Part shown: piece by piece, positions 13,519 to 20,976 of the stretch
How positions within the stretch are numbered: position 1 is the first letter of the stretch
Layout: every line of letters starts with the position of its first letter
Origin: Blautia obeum ATCC 29174
Lineage (GTDB): Bacteria; Bacillota; Clostridia; Lachnospirales; Lachnospiraceae
Direction of reading: 5' to 3'
Assembly (NCBI RefSeq): GCF_025147765.1
Contig: NZ_CP102265.1
Location: 2,020,296 to 2,052,295, forward strand
Length of the DNA stretch: 32,000 bases
Program-made: the position numbers and the translations under genes
Notes under the pieces: model-generated
Told to the model about the DNA's origin: nothing
The model's database searches: none
The model's input: only the letters and a program-made list of their open reading frames with translations

Positions 13519-15024
13519 TCATCTGAGCAGAATGCTTTTCCAAGTTGCTGGCCCTGCGCATCCATCTACACTCAGGCCTTTCTTGGTCTGGTATGTCTTG
13601 ATCGCATATACTGTATTGGTTCCGCATTCTCCATCAATGGTCAGGTTCTTTCCGTCCTTCCCTTTGAATCCATTACTTTTCAGTAATCTCTGTAATAGCT
13701 TAACATCGTTTCCTTTGCTTCCGTTCTGAACGTTTCCTACGCTAAACATATATCCGCTGCCTCCTGTCGTTGTTGTGGTGGTATTTGTCGTGCTTCCTTT
13801 TCCTGTATTGGAACCATTATCAACAGTTACGTTTACATGGTGTCCTGTGTTCAGGTTGATATCTCCTCTCTTTGCAAGGCTTGAATCTTTCAGGTACCGT
13901 CCCTGCAGAACTGTAAAATATTTCTTTCCCTTTGCAGAATTGAAATAATCCATCATGTTACCGGTATATGTAGCATTACATTCCTGCAACTCTTTGATGC
14001 CTTTCAGGTGCCCTACCGCCTGAATAAGTACAATTGTTTCCTCGCTACAATCGCATTCGCAAGGCTTTGCGATTTTGGAAGGGCGATACCCTACCGCTTT
14101 CATCTGCTGTCGGAACGTATAACGATCAGTGGAATTTCCTGCTGTTCCCTGGTCGTAACCGATCATATCATTCAGTGCTGCTTCGATGGCCAGATCAGCA
14201 AACAGATTTCCAAGACTTTCATCCTTCCATCGAAGAATATAATTCCATCCACCAGTTGGATATGCATACCAGGAGCGCAGATACCATTCTGTTCCGGTCT
14301 GGTCCCCTGCTTTTCCTCCTGCATATCTCCCGTTTTCGTCATGCCCACAATTTGACATTCTTACTGCCACTGTAGTTCCTCCCTTCTGTTCTGTGCCTCC
14401 ATCAGCATATTTTGTAATAAACTCATACACTTTTTTCTGGCGTGTAGTGTAATCCCCGACCTGATTCGGCTTCGGGTCGGCAGGATCCGTATTCAATGCT
14501 GCATAAATTCCTTTTGCCGTGTATGGTTTTGCTGTTTTTGCCAGAATCCGTTTTAATGCGGATGCACCGCCTTGATGATAGATGTTAATGCACTCCATCA
14601 TAGCTGCATCTGGCATGGCTCCGTACATCTTGCCAAGGCTGACAGCATATTCTTTGATCTGCGTTTCCATCAATTCATCCTGACATTTAATACCAACCGC
14701 CGAGGAAATAATTGCAATGATGCATTTCCCTTTGGCTGATGCGGAAGATACTCCATATCTGTCCCAGCTCTTTTTCAGATCAGCAGCAATACCGGCAGTG
14801 TCAAGTTTGGAAAAATCCTTCGGATATTTCTTCTGGATATTCTGCAATAGCAGTCTCGCTTCGCCTGCATACCACTGACCGGCTCCAATCGTGATTGCTT
14901 TTTCATTTGGAGTATTTGCTCCTACTCCTGCAAATGCAGAATAATTTTGGCGGCCATATACCTGACCGCCACTTTCCACAGCATATAGAATTTTTCTCAA
15001 TACAGTAATGTTTTGCTGTTTCAT
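13519..15024 (-). CDS. Multidomain cell-wall hydrolase (endolysin) with C-terminal PG_binding_1 domain
   Basis: The table start is TTG. ATG at 15024 has GGAGGTGA upstream. The N-terminus looks lysozyme-like (..YAVESGGQVYG..), the central segment is ..SNCGHDENGRYAGGKAGDQTGTEW.., and the C-terminal ..LLQRLLKSNGFKGKDGKNLTIDGECGTNTVYAIKTYQTKKGLSVDGCAGPATW.. is a peptidoglycan-binding repeat. It sits after the holin genes. Confidence 0.8.
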   Translation of the reverse strand: MKQQNITVLRKILYAVESGGQVYGRQNYSAFAGVGANTPNEKAITIGAGQWYAGEARLLLQNIQKKYPKDFSKLDTAGIAADLKKSWDRYGVSSASAKGKCIIAIISSAVGIKCQDELMETQIKEYAVSLGKMYGAMPDAAMMECINIYHQGGASALKRILAKTAKPYTAKGIYAALNTDPADPKPNQVGDYTTRQKKVYEFITKYADGGTEQKGGTTVAVRMSNCGHDENGRYAGGKAGDQTGTEWYLRSWYAYPTGGWNYILRWKDESLGNLFADLAIEAALNDMIGYDQGTAGNSTDRYTFRQQMKAVGYRPSKIAKPCECDCSEETIVLIQAVGHLKGIKELQECNATYTGNMMDYFNSAKGKKYFTVLQGRYLKDSSLAKRGDINLNTGHHVNVTVDNGSNTGKGSTTNTTTTTTGGSGYMFSVGNVQNGSKGNDVKLLQRLLKSNGFKGKDGKNLTIDGECGTNTVYAIKTYQTKKGLSVDGCAGPATWKSILLR

Positions 15025-15176
15025 CTCCAATCACCTCCGGTCTCGTCCAATTCATCCATAAAACCGCAGACATCTTCAAACCATCTTCCGGTTTCTCTTG
15101 CCAGTGCAACCAGAAAGCAAACGCCCCCAAACGCTGCAACGCCTGCAACAGTAATCGCAATACTTTTAATTGTCAT
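15021..15176 (-). CDS. Small single-pass membrane protein (51 aa), lysis-cassette component
   Basis: Hand translation gives MTIKSIAITVAGVAAFGGVCFLVALARETGRWFEDVCGFMDELDETGGDWR*. GGGAGGG lies 9 nt upstream and its stop overlaps the endolysin ATG (ATGA). Below the ORF-track cutoff. Confidence 0.55.
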   Translation of the reverse strand: MTIKSIAITVAGVAAFGGVCFLVALARETGRWFEDVCGFMDELDETGGDWR

Positions 15177-15230
15177 TTTGACAAGCCCTCCCATCTTGTA
15201 AAATAAAAAAGCGCCTTACCTCCGGGATAA

Positions 15231-15545
15231 CTATTCGGAAGTATGCACTTTGAACTGAGAAATTGCCTGAATCACTTTATCATATCCGACCATTGCACAC
15301 AGCCATGACAACAACACTAACGCAATTAAAATCACTGCCATTTTTTCATTCATAAGTGTTTCAGTCAGAATCATATATCCGGTATCTACTGCAATGGACA
15401 GAATCACCGCAACAACACCAGCAAGTAGATTTGACCGATACGGTTTCTTTGCCTCGTCCAGTAGCTTCTTGATTCCTTCCGTCACTAGCCCGGTCAGTAC
15501 AGACACGATCATCAGTAACAGTAAAAATGTTTCAAAATTCATCAT
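15231..15545 (-). CDS. Putative holin
   Basis: 104-aa ORF with three hydrophobic helices and a charged C-terminus, in the lysis cassette upstream of the endolysin. Its start overlaps the upstream stop. Confidence 0.65.
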   Translation of the reverse strand: MMNFETFLLLLMIVSVLTGLVTEGIKKLLDEAKKPYRSNLLAGVVAVILSIAVDTGYMILTETLMNEKMAVILIALVLLSWLCAMVGYDKVIQAISQFKVHTSE

Positions 15546-15916
15546 TGTTCTTCGTCCTCCATTTCTTCATTATCGCCTGCATCCCCCTGATATTCTCCAC
15601 CAGGATCAGCCGGCTCATTATAATCTTGTTTTCTCCTGTGCTTTTCCTTACTGGTCTTAATCCATCCACAGATGCCACATTCACCCAGCAGTGCTGCAAT
15701 TAAAGCACACCACGCGGATTCCGGAGCGGAACCACACTGGGAGAATACTGCAAGCATTTTCCAGTTTATATACATCATGTAAATGAATACACATATAAGC
15801 ACAATGTTCAATGTACCAAGCTTTTTAATCAGCTCTTGCACTTTTCTTTTTTTCTGCCTTTTGCGGTGAGAATTTCTTCTGCTCAACTTCTTTACTTCCT
15901 CCCTACCTCTTAACAC
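15542..15916 (-). CDS. Membrane protein (basic N-terminus, 2 TM helices, acidic tail), holin/antiholin-like
   Basis: 124-aa ORF. The start is uncertain: the table start is GTG, and TTG at 15886 lies 11 nt after GGGAGG. Confidence 0.5.
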   Translation of the reverse strand: MLRGREEVKKLSRRNSHRKRQKKRKVQELIKKLGTLNIVLICVFIYMMYINWKMLAVFSQCGSAPESAWCALIAALLGECGICGWIKTSKEKHRRKQDYNEPADPGGEYQGDAGDNEEMEDEEQ

Positions 15917-16031
15917 GCCGTATAATCATTCTGACAGGCTCAGGCGCAGCTTCAAAATGCTTTGATAAACATTTCCTCACATAAGAATAAAAATCCGTTA
16001 AAACAGCAAATAAACGAGCCTTATTTATTTT

Positions 16032-16051
16032 TAACTCATTTATGTGAGTTT
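16032..16051. promoter_or_regulatory. Operator-like site S8: TAACTCA-TTTATG-TGAGTTT
   Basis: Same 20-bp motif, in the 157-bp gap between the XhlA-like gene and the next lysis gene. A weak TTGGCT-17 nt-TTTTAT promoter-like sequence lies just upstream on the minus strand. Confidence 0.45.
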
Positions 16052-16073
16052 GTGGATAAAAATGTGGAAAACT

Positions 16074-16382
16074 TTAAAAGCCAATCTGCTTTGCCAGGAA
16101 TCCGATTGCAATTCCTATGATAGTTGTCAGGACGTATCCTGTAACCTTCCTCCACATTTCTCCGTCTCGGTTTTCCAAGGCTTCCAATCTGTCACCCTGA
16201 CGGCCTTGTTCCTTTACCATGTTTTCAACTGACATTGCAAGTTTCTGTACGGAAGTTGTCAGCTCTGAAATTTGTTTTGTCGTGCCCTCCAGAATTTCAA
16301 TCCTACGATTCTGCCGATTGTTTTCAGCATCTAATCTGGCACAGAACTCTGCATGTTCGGCACGAGTGATATACTCATCCAT
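16074..16382 (-). CDS. XhlA-like protein (coiled coil + C-terminal TM helix)
   Basis: I prefer the start at ATG 16382 (MDEYITRAEH...), with GGAGGTGA upstream. The coiled-coil region and the C-terminal ..VTGYVLTTIIGIAIGFLAKQIGF resemble phage XhlA-family lysis-associated proteins. Confidence 0.6.
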   Translation of the reverse strand: MDEYITRAEHAEFCARLDAENNRQNRRIEILEGTTKQISELTTSVQKLAMSVENMVKEQGRQGDRLEALENRDGEMWRKVTGYVLTTIIGIAIGFLAKQIGF

Positions 16383-16578
16383 TGTTCTCACCTCCTTCCC
16401 ATCCTGACGTTTCTTCTTGCCATTCCACATCGTCTGCATCTGCATACGGGCGGCACATGGCCTCTATGACATCCAGATCATTGTGTATCTGGTCAAGACT
16501 TTTGTTTGATTTTCCGTCAATATAGAACAGGAGGTCATAAACCGCAGACCATAGCTTCGCTATAATTTTCAACTTCAT
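16375..16578 (-). CDS. Hypothetical small protein
   Basis: 67-aa ORF. Its start overlaps the RT 3' end by 44 nt (AGGAG upstream) and its stop overlaps the XhlA-like ATG. Confidence 0.4.
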   Translation of the reverse strand: MKLKIIAKLWSAVYDLLFYIDGKSNKSLDQIHNDLDVIEAMCRPYADADDVEWQEETSGWEGGENNG

Positions 16579-17674
16579 AGGCTATTTCTCCTACAACCTT
16601 GTTTCTATCAAGAACCACTGAATCTATCAGTTCTTTTCGGAACTCTTTGCAATCGCAGTGATCCAGCATGCCCAAATAAGATTTTAATGTGGCAGTTACC
16701 ACTTCCATCTCGATCAGTCCGGCGTTGTATTCCTCTACTTTTCTTCTGAGATGGCGCTTCATCTCCAATGTGGTGCTTTTCCTGATAGTTACATAATGCG
16801 GCCATATCCGATAGCCTACGAACTCTATGCCCTGCGATATCGGGCGTATGCAAGTCTTTTGGTTCAGAGATAACCGTAACGTTGTTTCCACAAACTTCTG
16901 GATTTCATCTTTCCACATGTGAAGCTGCTCTTTGCTGTCCGACAGAATGATAATATCATCCATGTATCTGACATAAAAATGGATGCACAGTGTCCTTTTA
17001 CAGAACTGATCCAGTGCATCCAAGTAAATATTTGCAAATACCTGCGATAGCAGATTTCCTACCGGCATACCTACATCGTAAAGCCTTTCCTCCAAAGGCA
17101 CCTCTCCAGGACCTTTACCAGGCGGTAATCCAAATGGCGTATACTGGCAATCTATAATGTTATACAGGACTTGCAAAAGCTGTTGATCTTTGATTTTCCT
17201 TGCCAGAATCTCCTTCAATACTTCGTGAGATATCCGGTAAAAATATTTGCTGATATCCAGTTTAAGGTAATACCATGTGCCAGGCTTATGTTCTACGGAT
17301 TTTATCCAATATCGCAGTCTTTGCATGGCAGCAAGCGAACCTCTTCCTGGAATACAGCCGTAAGTATCTTTGATATATCCTTTTACCAACAGGGGATTTA
17401 TGACACGATATATCGCCCATTGCACAATGCGGTGATAAAACGTGATTGACATGATCATTCTCTTTTTAGGTTCATAAACATAAAAGATATAATACTTATC
17501 AATCGTGTATTTACCAGAGCGTACATCCTGTTGTATCTGTTCAATGACATTCCAAATATCGTGCTGGACGCGAAGAACATCTTTGTTGTATCTTCTGCCT
17601 TTTGACGCATCTTGGATTGCCTCATACAGATTGTCGTCAGAGAATATCAAGTCAAAAACATGCTTGATTTTCAT
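16535..17674 (-). CDS. DGR reverse transcriptase
   Basis: 379-aa ORF with the YMDD catalytic box (..VRYMDDIIILSD..) and the VGNLLSQ motif, the [LIV]GxxxSQ signature typical of DGR RTs. It is adjacent to the TR and avd. Confidence 0.9.
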   Translation of the reverse strand: MKIKHVFDLIFSDDNLYEAIQDASKGRRYNKDVLRVQHDIWNVIEQIQQDVRSGKYTIDKYYIFYVYEPKKRMIMSITFYHRIVQWAIYRVINPLLVKGYIKDTYGCIPGRGSLAAMQRLRYWIKSVEHKPGTWYYLKLDISKYFYRISHEVLKEILARKIKDQQLLQVLYNIIDCQYTPFGLPPGKGPGEVPLEERLYDVGMPVGNLLSQVFANIYLDALDQFCKRTLCIHFYVRYMDDIIILSDSKEQLHMWKDEIQKFVETTLRLSLNQKTCIRPISQGIEFVGYRIWPHYVTIRKSTTLEMKRHLRRKVEEYNAGLIEMEVVTATLKSYLGMLDHCDCKEFRKELIDSVVLDRNKVVGEIAYEVENYSEAMVCGL

Positions 17675-17883
17675 TGATTTTCCCTCTGTTTTTCATTATT
17701 TCGTTGTGTTTGGCGGTTTTCTCATAGGTACTGGCAGCCTCCACAACCGATGCCACATCTGCAGAACGCCATCAACATAGCACCATTTTTCTCCTGCTTT
17801 TCAGCCGGAGTGGAAACAGGTTCCTTTATCCCCTCGCACTGTCGGTAGTCCTTGGAGTTTCCGATTCTGGCATATGAGGGTAG

Positions 17884-17999
17884 AGCGGAGCGGAAGCCGA
17901 TGTTCGTGTTCGAGTTGGAACGTGGATTGTTCAGGTTCACGTTGAACACACCAGCATTCGAGGTGTTGTTCCAGTTGCCACCACAGATCGGCAAACGCT
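17884..17999 (-). repeat. DGR template repeat (TR)
   Basis: 116 nt homologous to VR1 (112 nt to VR2). Read in the VR frame it encodes ..CGGNWNNTSNAGVFNVNLNNPRSNSNTNIGFRSA with 11 Asn codons (9 AAC, 2 AAT). It is non-coding and lies between avd and the RT. Confidence 0.9.
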
Positions 18000-18023
18000 A
18001 TAACCCATTCCCTACGAAAATAC

Positions 18024-18476
18024 TCAATGTCTTTTATATCGACTGTTTCCATATCTGGAGGATTTCTGCTGCTGAGTAGCCGTATTGTCAGCATCAGAGT
18101 TTGCTCCATTCACCGTATTAATAAAACCACCTATCATTCTGCCTATTTCTTCTGAACGTCTAGTCCATTCTTTGTAGCTGGACAGTCCTTTCAGAATATT
18201 CAGATCATATGCTACTTTGATAAATTCTTGCAGAGTTTTATTCTCTCTGTCAAAATCTCCAAGAGTGGTTTTCTTGTAGTATTTCTCCCTGATATCTACT
18301 GATAATCGAAGCAATTTCTTCATGCAATCCATCAGATCGTTTCCGATGGCGTATTTATCTGCAATGCTCCATTTCTTTATAAGCGGATATGCATAGTCTA
18401 TCATGTCTTCGACCTTCTGAAGAATCTGGAAGGAATCATCTTTTGTGACAGTTCCGGTGTTCTGGCTTTCCTCCAT
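18024..18476 (-). CDS. avd: DGR accessory variability determinant (Avd-like four-helix-bundle protein)
   Basis: 150-aa ORF between the target gene and the TR. ..YAYPLIKKWSIADKYAIGNDLMDCMKKLLRLSV..EIGRMIGGFI.. matches the Avd / 23S-rRNA-IVS-protein family pattern. Confidence 0.8.
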   Translation of the reverse strand: MEESQNTGTVTKDDSFQILQKVEDMIDYAYPLIKKWSIADKYAIGNDLMDCMKKLLRLSVDIREKYYKKTTLGDFDRENKTLQEFIKVAYDLNILKGLSSYKEWTRRSEEIGRMIGGFINTVNGANSDADNTATQQQKSSRYGNSRYKRH

Positions 18477-18500
18477 ACTTTCGCAGCCTCCATTTTTCTA

Positions 18501-18522
18501 CTGCCCTACTACCGTAGGGCAG
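18501..18522 (-). promoter_or_regulatory. GC-rich hairpin 36 nt downstream of VR1 (DGR target-recognition hairpin candidate)
   Basis: ctgcccta-ctaccg-tagggcag forms an 8-bp stem with a 6-nt loop. Its counterpart follows VR2 at 1496-1515. Confidence 0.6.
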
Positions 18523-18543
18523 AACAGTACACAGTTCTCAGTT

Positions 18544-19590
18544 TTACAGTTCACAGTAAGCGGAGCGGAAGCCGATGCTCGCGTCCGAGCTGGAACGCGG
18601 ATTGCCCAGGTACACGCTGAACACACCAGCACTCGAGGTGCTGAGCCAGCGGCCACCACAGATCGGCAAACGCTCGCCAGAGTTATTCATATAATGACCA
18701 TCACCACCGTAATCACCACCCGGTTCATCAGGATAAATTAACAAAGCTTTAGCAATCTCAGGAACCGTTAATGCAGAATCAAGTGTCATATTCTGATATG
18801 TGTCACCTCTCCAAGTGTCTTCTGGCGTAATATCACCAGATGTAAGCTGGATATGTCCGCTCACATAGTTATATTTCAGAGTACCGGCAGTTCCAGGCTC
18901 AACCAGTGTGCCATCTGCTGCAATGGCTTTCCAAAGGGTGGAGCTTGCACCCATGCTTGCATCAGCGGCCATGCAGTTTGCATATGGAATGATCTGGATT
19001 TCCCCATTCATCAGTCGCATACCTGCACACCATTCCCAAACATTACCGTTCAGGTCTGCAATTCCATCAGGCATCCAGTTATGGTTCCATGTATTCGGTC
19101 CGGATCCGGTTGCGCATCTGGCAATTTTCCCACTCTCGTAATAAGTCGGAACGCCTTTTTCATGTCCATATGCGTGATCGGCTCCGTAATTGTTATTGCC
19201 TCTCGGCATGGTTCCGTTTTTACGACACCATAAAGCAATAGCAGACCACAGGGAATAAGGTGTAAGGCTCCATCCTTTCCCTTTATTTCGACAATATGTA
19301 ACTGCCTGATCGAAATTAAGGCTTGCTCTTGGGTCACGCATCGGGAGGGAATATCCACGTTCATTCAGGACAATGTTCTGATATTTTGAAACATAGATAA
19401 CGCTCTTTTCTACTCCGTCCACACTGAATGCCGGGTGAATGTTTTCACTTCCTCCTGCAATCAGGTCAGACATTTTCAGTTTCGGGAATGGAACCATTAC
19501 AGAAGGCATTCCCAGATCATCAAATAATACGGTGTTTTTCCCACCGGACAGTGCTTCAATAGATAACTTTAAATCGTCAAAATTCGGCAT
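18544..19590 (-). CDS. DGR target protein 1 (FGE-sulfatase / C-type-lectin-fold; likely receptor-binding tail-fibre tip)
   Basis: 348-aa ORF, the last gene of the tail-fibre region. It carries ..GWSLTPYSLWSAIALW.. and ..GNVWEWCAG.. motifs. The C-terminal ..LPICGGRWLSTSSAGVFSVYLGNPRSSSDASIGFRSAYCEL is encoded by VR1. Confidence 0.88.
   Translation of the reverse strand: MPNFDDLKLSIEALSGGKNTVLFDDLGMPSVMVPFPKLKMSDLIAGGSENIHPAFSVDGVEKSVIYVSKYQNIVLNERGYSLPMRDPRASLNFDQAVTYCRNKGKGWSLTPYSLWSAIALWCRKNGTMPRGNNNYGADHAYGHEKGVPTYYESGKIARCATGSGPNTWNHNWMPDGIADLNGNVWEWCAGMRLMNGEIQIIPYANCMAADASMGASSTLWKAIAADGTLVEPGTAGTLKYNYVSGHIQLTSGDITPEDTWRGDTYQNMTLDSALTVPEIAKALLIYPDEPGGDYGGDGHYMNNSGERLPICGGRWLSTSSAGVFSVYLGNPRSSSDASIGFRSAYCEL
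18559..18674 (-). repeat. DGR variable repeat VR1
   Basis: 116 nt align without gaps to TR 17884-17999. By my hand count there are 15 mismatches, all at plus-strand T of the TR, which is A on the coding strand. Confidence 0.9.
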
Positions 19591-19593
19591 TGT

Positions 19594-19959
19594 TTACTCC
19601 TCCATTTCCCATAATGTCAGTATGCATTTGTCCATAGAAAAAGGAACCGGTTTGCGTTCCATAATGGTTGGCTGTTCGGTTCCCACTTCTGCATCCGGAT
19701 TATAATTCGGATTTTCTTTCTCTGTTTCTGTATATTCCCTTGCCGGGATAGTAAGCTGAGCTACATATTTGTCACCGGCGCTGGCTCCCATCACAAGACC
19801 ACCGGTATAATCCTGGCAGATATCAATAGTCACTTCGTAGTCTCTTTCTTTTTTGTCAACCCGGAAAGACATTTCTCCATCACCAAAATCAATGGATTTT
19901 CCACTGATTTCATAATCTACAAAATTTGTACCGTTTTCAGGTAATTTGATAACTTTCAT
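19594..19959 (-). CDS. Hypothetical tail-fibre-region protein
   Basis: 121-aa ORF immediately upstream of DGR target 1. Its ATG overlaps the upstream stop. Confidence 0.6.
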   Translation of the reverse strand: MKVIKLPENGTNFVDYEISGKSIDFGDGEMSFRVDKKERDYEVTIDICQDYTGGLVMGASAGDKYVAQLTIPAREYTETEKENPNYNPDAEVGTEQPTIMERKPVPFSMDKCILTLWEMEE

Positions 19960-20129
19960 CAGTAATACTTCCTCCTGTTCTCTGCTGATCTGACTGCTTC
20001 GTTAGTTCTTGCCGCTGCCACTTCCGCAGCTTCTCTCATTGCAGAATTATTTCTATCCACACCGTAAGATTTCATGATAAATTCTGCATCCGCTCTTCTT
20101 TCCTGATTCGGAATGATCACATTCGCCAT
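19959..20129 (-). CDS. Hypothetical small protein (56 aa)
   Basis: Hand translation gives MANVIIPNQERRADAEFIMKSYGVDRNNSAMREAAEVAAARTNEAVRSAENRRKYY*. GAGGAGG lies 8 nt upstream. It fills the 19960-20130 gap and is below the ORF-track cutoff. Confidence 0.5.
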   Translation of the reverse strand: MANVIIPNQERRADAEFIMKSYGVDRNNSAMREAAEVAAARTNEAVRSAENRRKYY

Positions 20130-20130
20130 T

Positions 20131-20619
20131 TTAGATGCCTCCTCTCACATAACACCGAACTGCAACGCTTGAAGCAGAACCGGTATATTTGATTTTGAAT
20201 CCATTCAGTAATTTGTCGCTGATTTCAAATTCACCAGCCGCACCACCGGTAACGCTTACAACCTCAACAGTGATCGTATAATCCTTGGTATTTCTTGGAG
20301 TAACAATCTGTAAGGTTTTGATGGAATTGTTATGTGGATATACCTGGCTGTTCGTCAGAGTGGCTTCGATTACCTCTCCAGTAATTCCTTTCAGCTCCTC
20401 ATTCTGTCTCAGCAACATTCTCATTGCTTCGGAAGACATCAGCATAGCTTCCAGTGCTGCCAAATCCATAATATTGAAATTTGTTGCATTCTGCGGAGTT
20501 CCCTGTGTTCTTACTGTTCCAGGTGATCTCTGCAAGGTAACCTTGTCCCCCTCAACAGTCTGTGCGAATCTATTTGGAAATTCGCATACCATGTCTTTCC
20601 AGTTTACAAGACTTCTCAT
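20131..20619 (-). CDS. Putative tail-fibre / receptor-binding module protein
   Basis: 162-aa ORF after the baseplate genes. The N-terminal ..EFPNRF..V.L...PGTV.Q.GTP.NA.N.N.. pattern recalls fibre N-termini of Firmicutes phages. This call is memory-based. Confidence 0.5.
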   Translation of the reverse strand: MRSLVNWKDMVCEFPNRFAQTVEGDKVTLQRSPGTVRTQGTPQNATNFNIMDLAALEAMLMSSEAMRMLLRQNEELKGITGEVIEATLTNSQVYPHNNSIKTLQIVTPRNTKDYTITVEVVSVTGGAAGEFEISDKLLNGFKIKYTGSASSVAVRCYVRGGI

Positions 20620-20637
20620 TTTCTCACCTTCTTTCCG

Positions 20638-20958
20638 TTATGATGTTTTCAGGACTTCTGATATTTCCAACTGCACGATATAAGAAAAGCCCTCTGCAAC
20701 AGAATCCATTTTCAATCGTTCTGCCTTAGAGAGCCATAACTGGTTATCTGTATCATACAGCTGCACTTCTGACACTTCACCGGATCCGGAAGATAACTCA
20801 ATCTTGAAAGCTATCTCCAGCATTCCATCGGAAGTAGTTGTTACCGATTCAATCGGCACCTTGTAATAGGTTGAGCCTACTTTGTACTTTGCGTATGCAA
20901 TCCGGCGTTTCGTATAATCACGATACCCCTGAATAGCTGCACTTGTAAGTAATGCCAT
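20638..20958 (-). CDS. Hypothetical tail protein
   Basis: 106-aa ORF in the structural operon. Confidence 0.55.
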   Translation of the reverse strand: MALLTSAAIQGYRDYTKRRIAYAKYKVGSTYYKVPIESVTTTSDGMLEIAFKIELSSGSGEVSEVQLYDTDNQLWLSKAERLKMDSVAEGFSYIVQLEISEVLKTS

Positions 20959-20976
20959 TCTGGAACCTCCTTCTTT

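Larger units (their letters stand above)
16535..19590 (-). mobile_element. Diversity-generating retroelement core cassette (target/VR1 - avd - TR - RT)
   Basis: Canonical gene order, adenine-specific TR/VR mismatches, an Avd-like gene and a DGR-type RT. See the component features. Confidence 0.9.

Noticed and set aside
14903-15160. 85-aa minus-strand ORF overlapping the endolysin start
   Set aside because: It overlaps the endolysin 5' end by more than 100 nt in another frame and lacks an SD. The 51-aa ORF at 15021-15176 has a strong SD and start/stop coupling, so it explains the gap better.
16608-16853. 81-aa minus-strand ORF inside the reverse transcriptase gene
   Set aside because: It is an alternative frame lying wholly within the RT coding sequence, with no independent translation signals.
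17722-17994. 90-aa minus-strand ORF (MPICGGNWNNTSNAGVFNVNLNNPRSNSNTNIGFRSA...) that looks like a third lectin-fold fragment
   Set aside because: It is the template repeat read in the VR frame and then running on into the spacer. It has no SD, its N-terminus starts in the middle of the domain, and its Asn-rich (AAC) content is what a DGR TR should look like. I call it non-coding TR.
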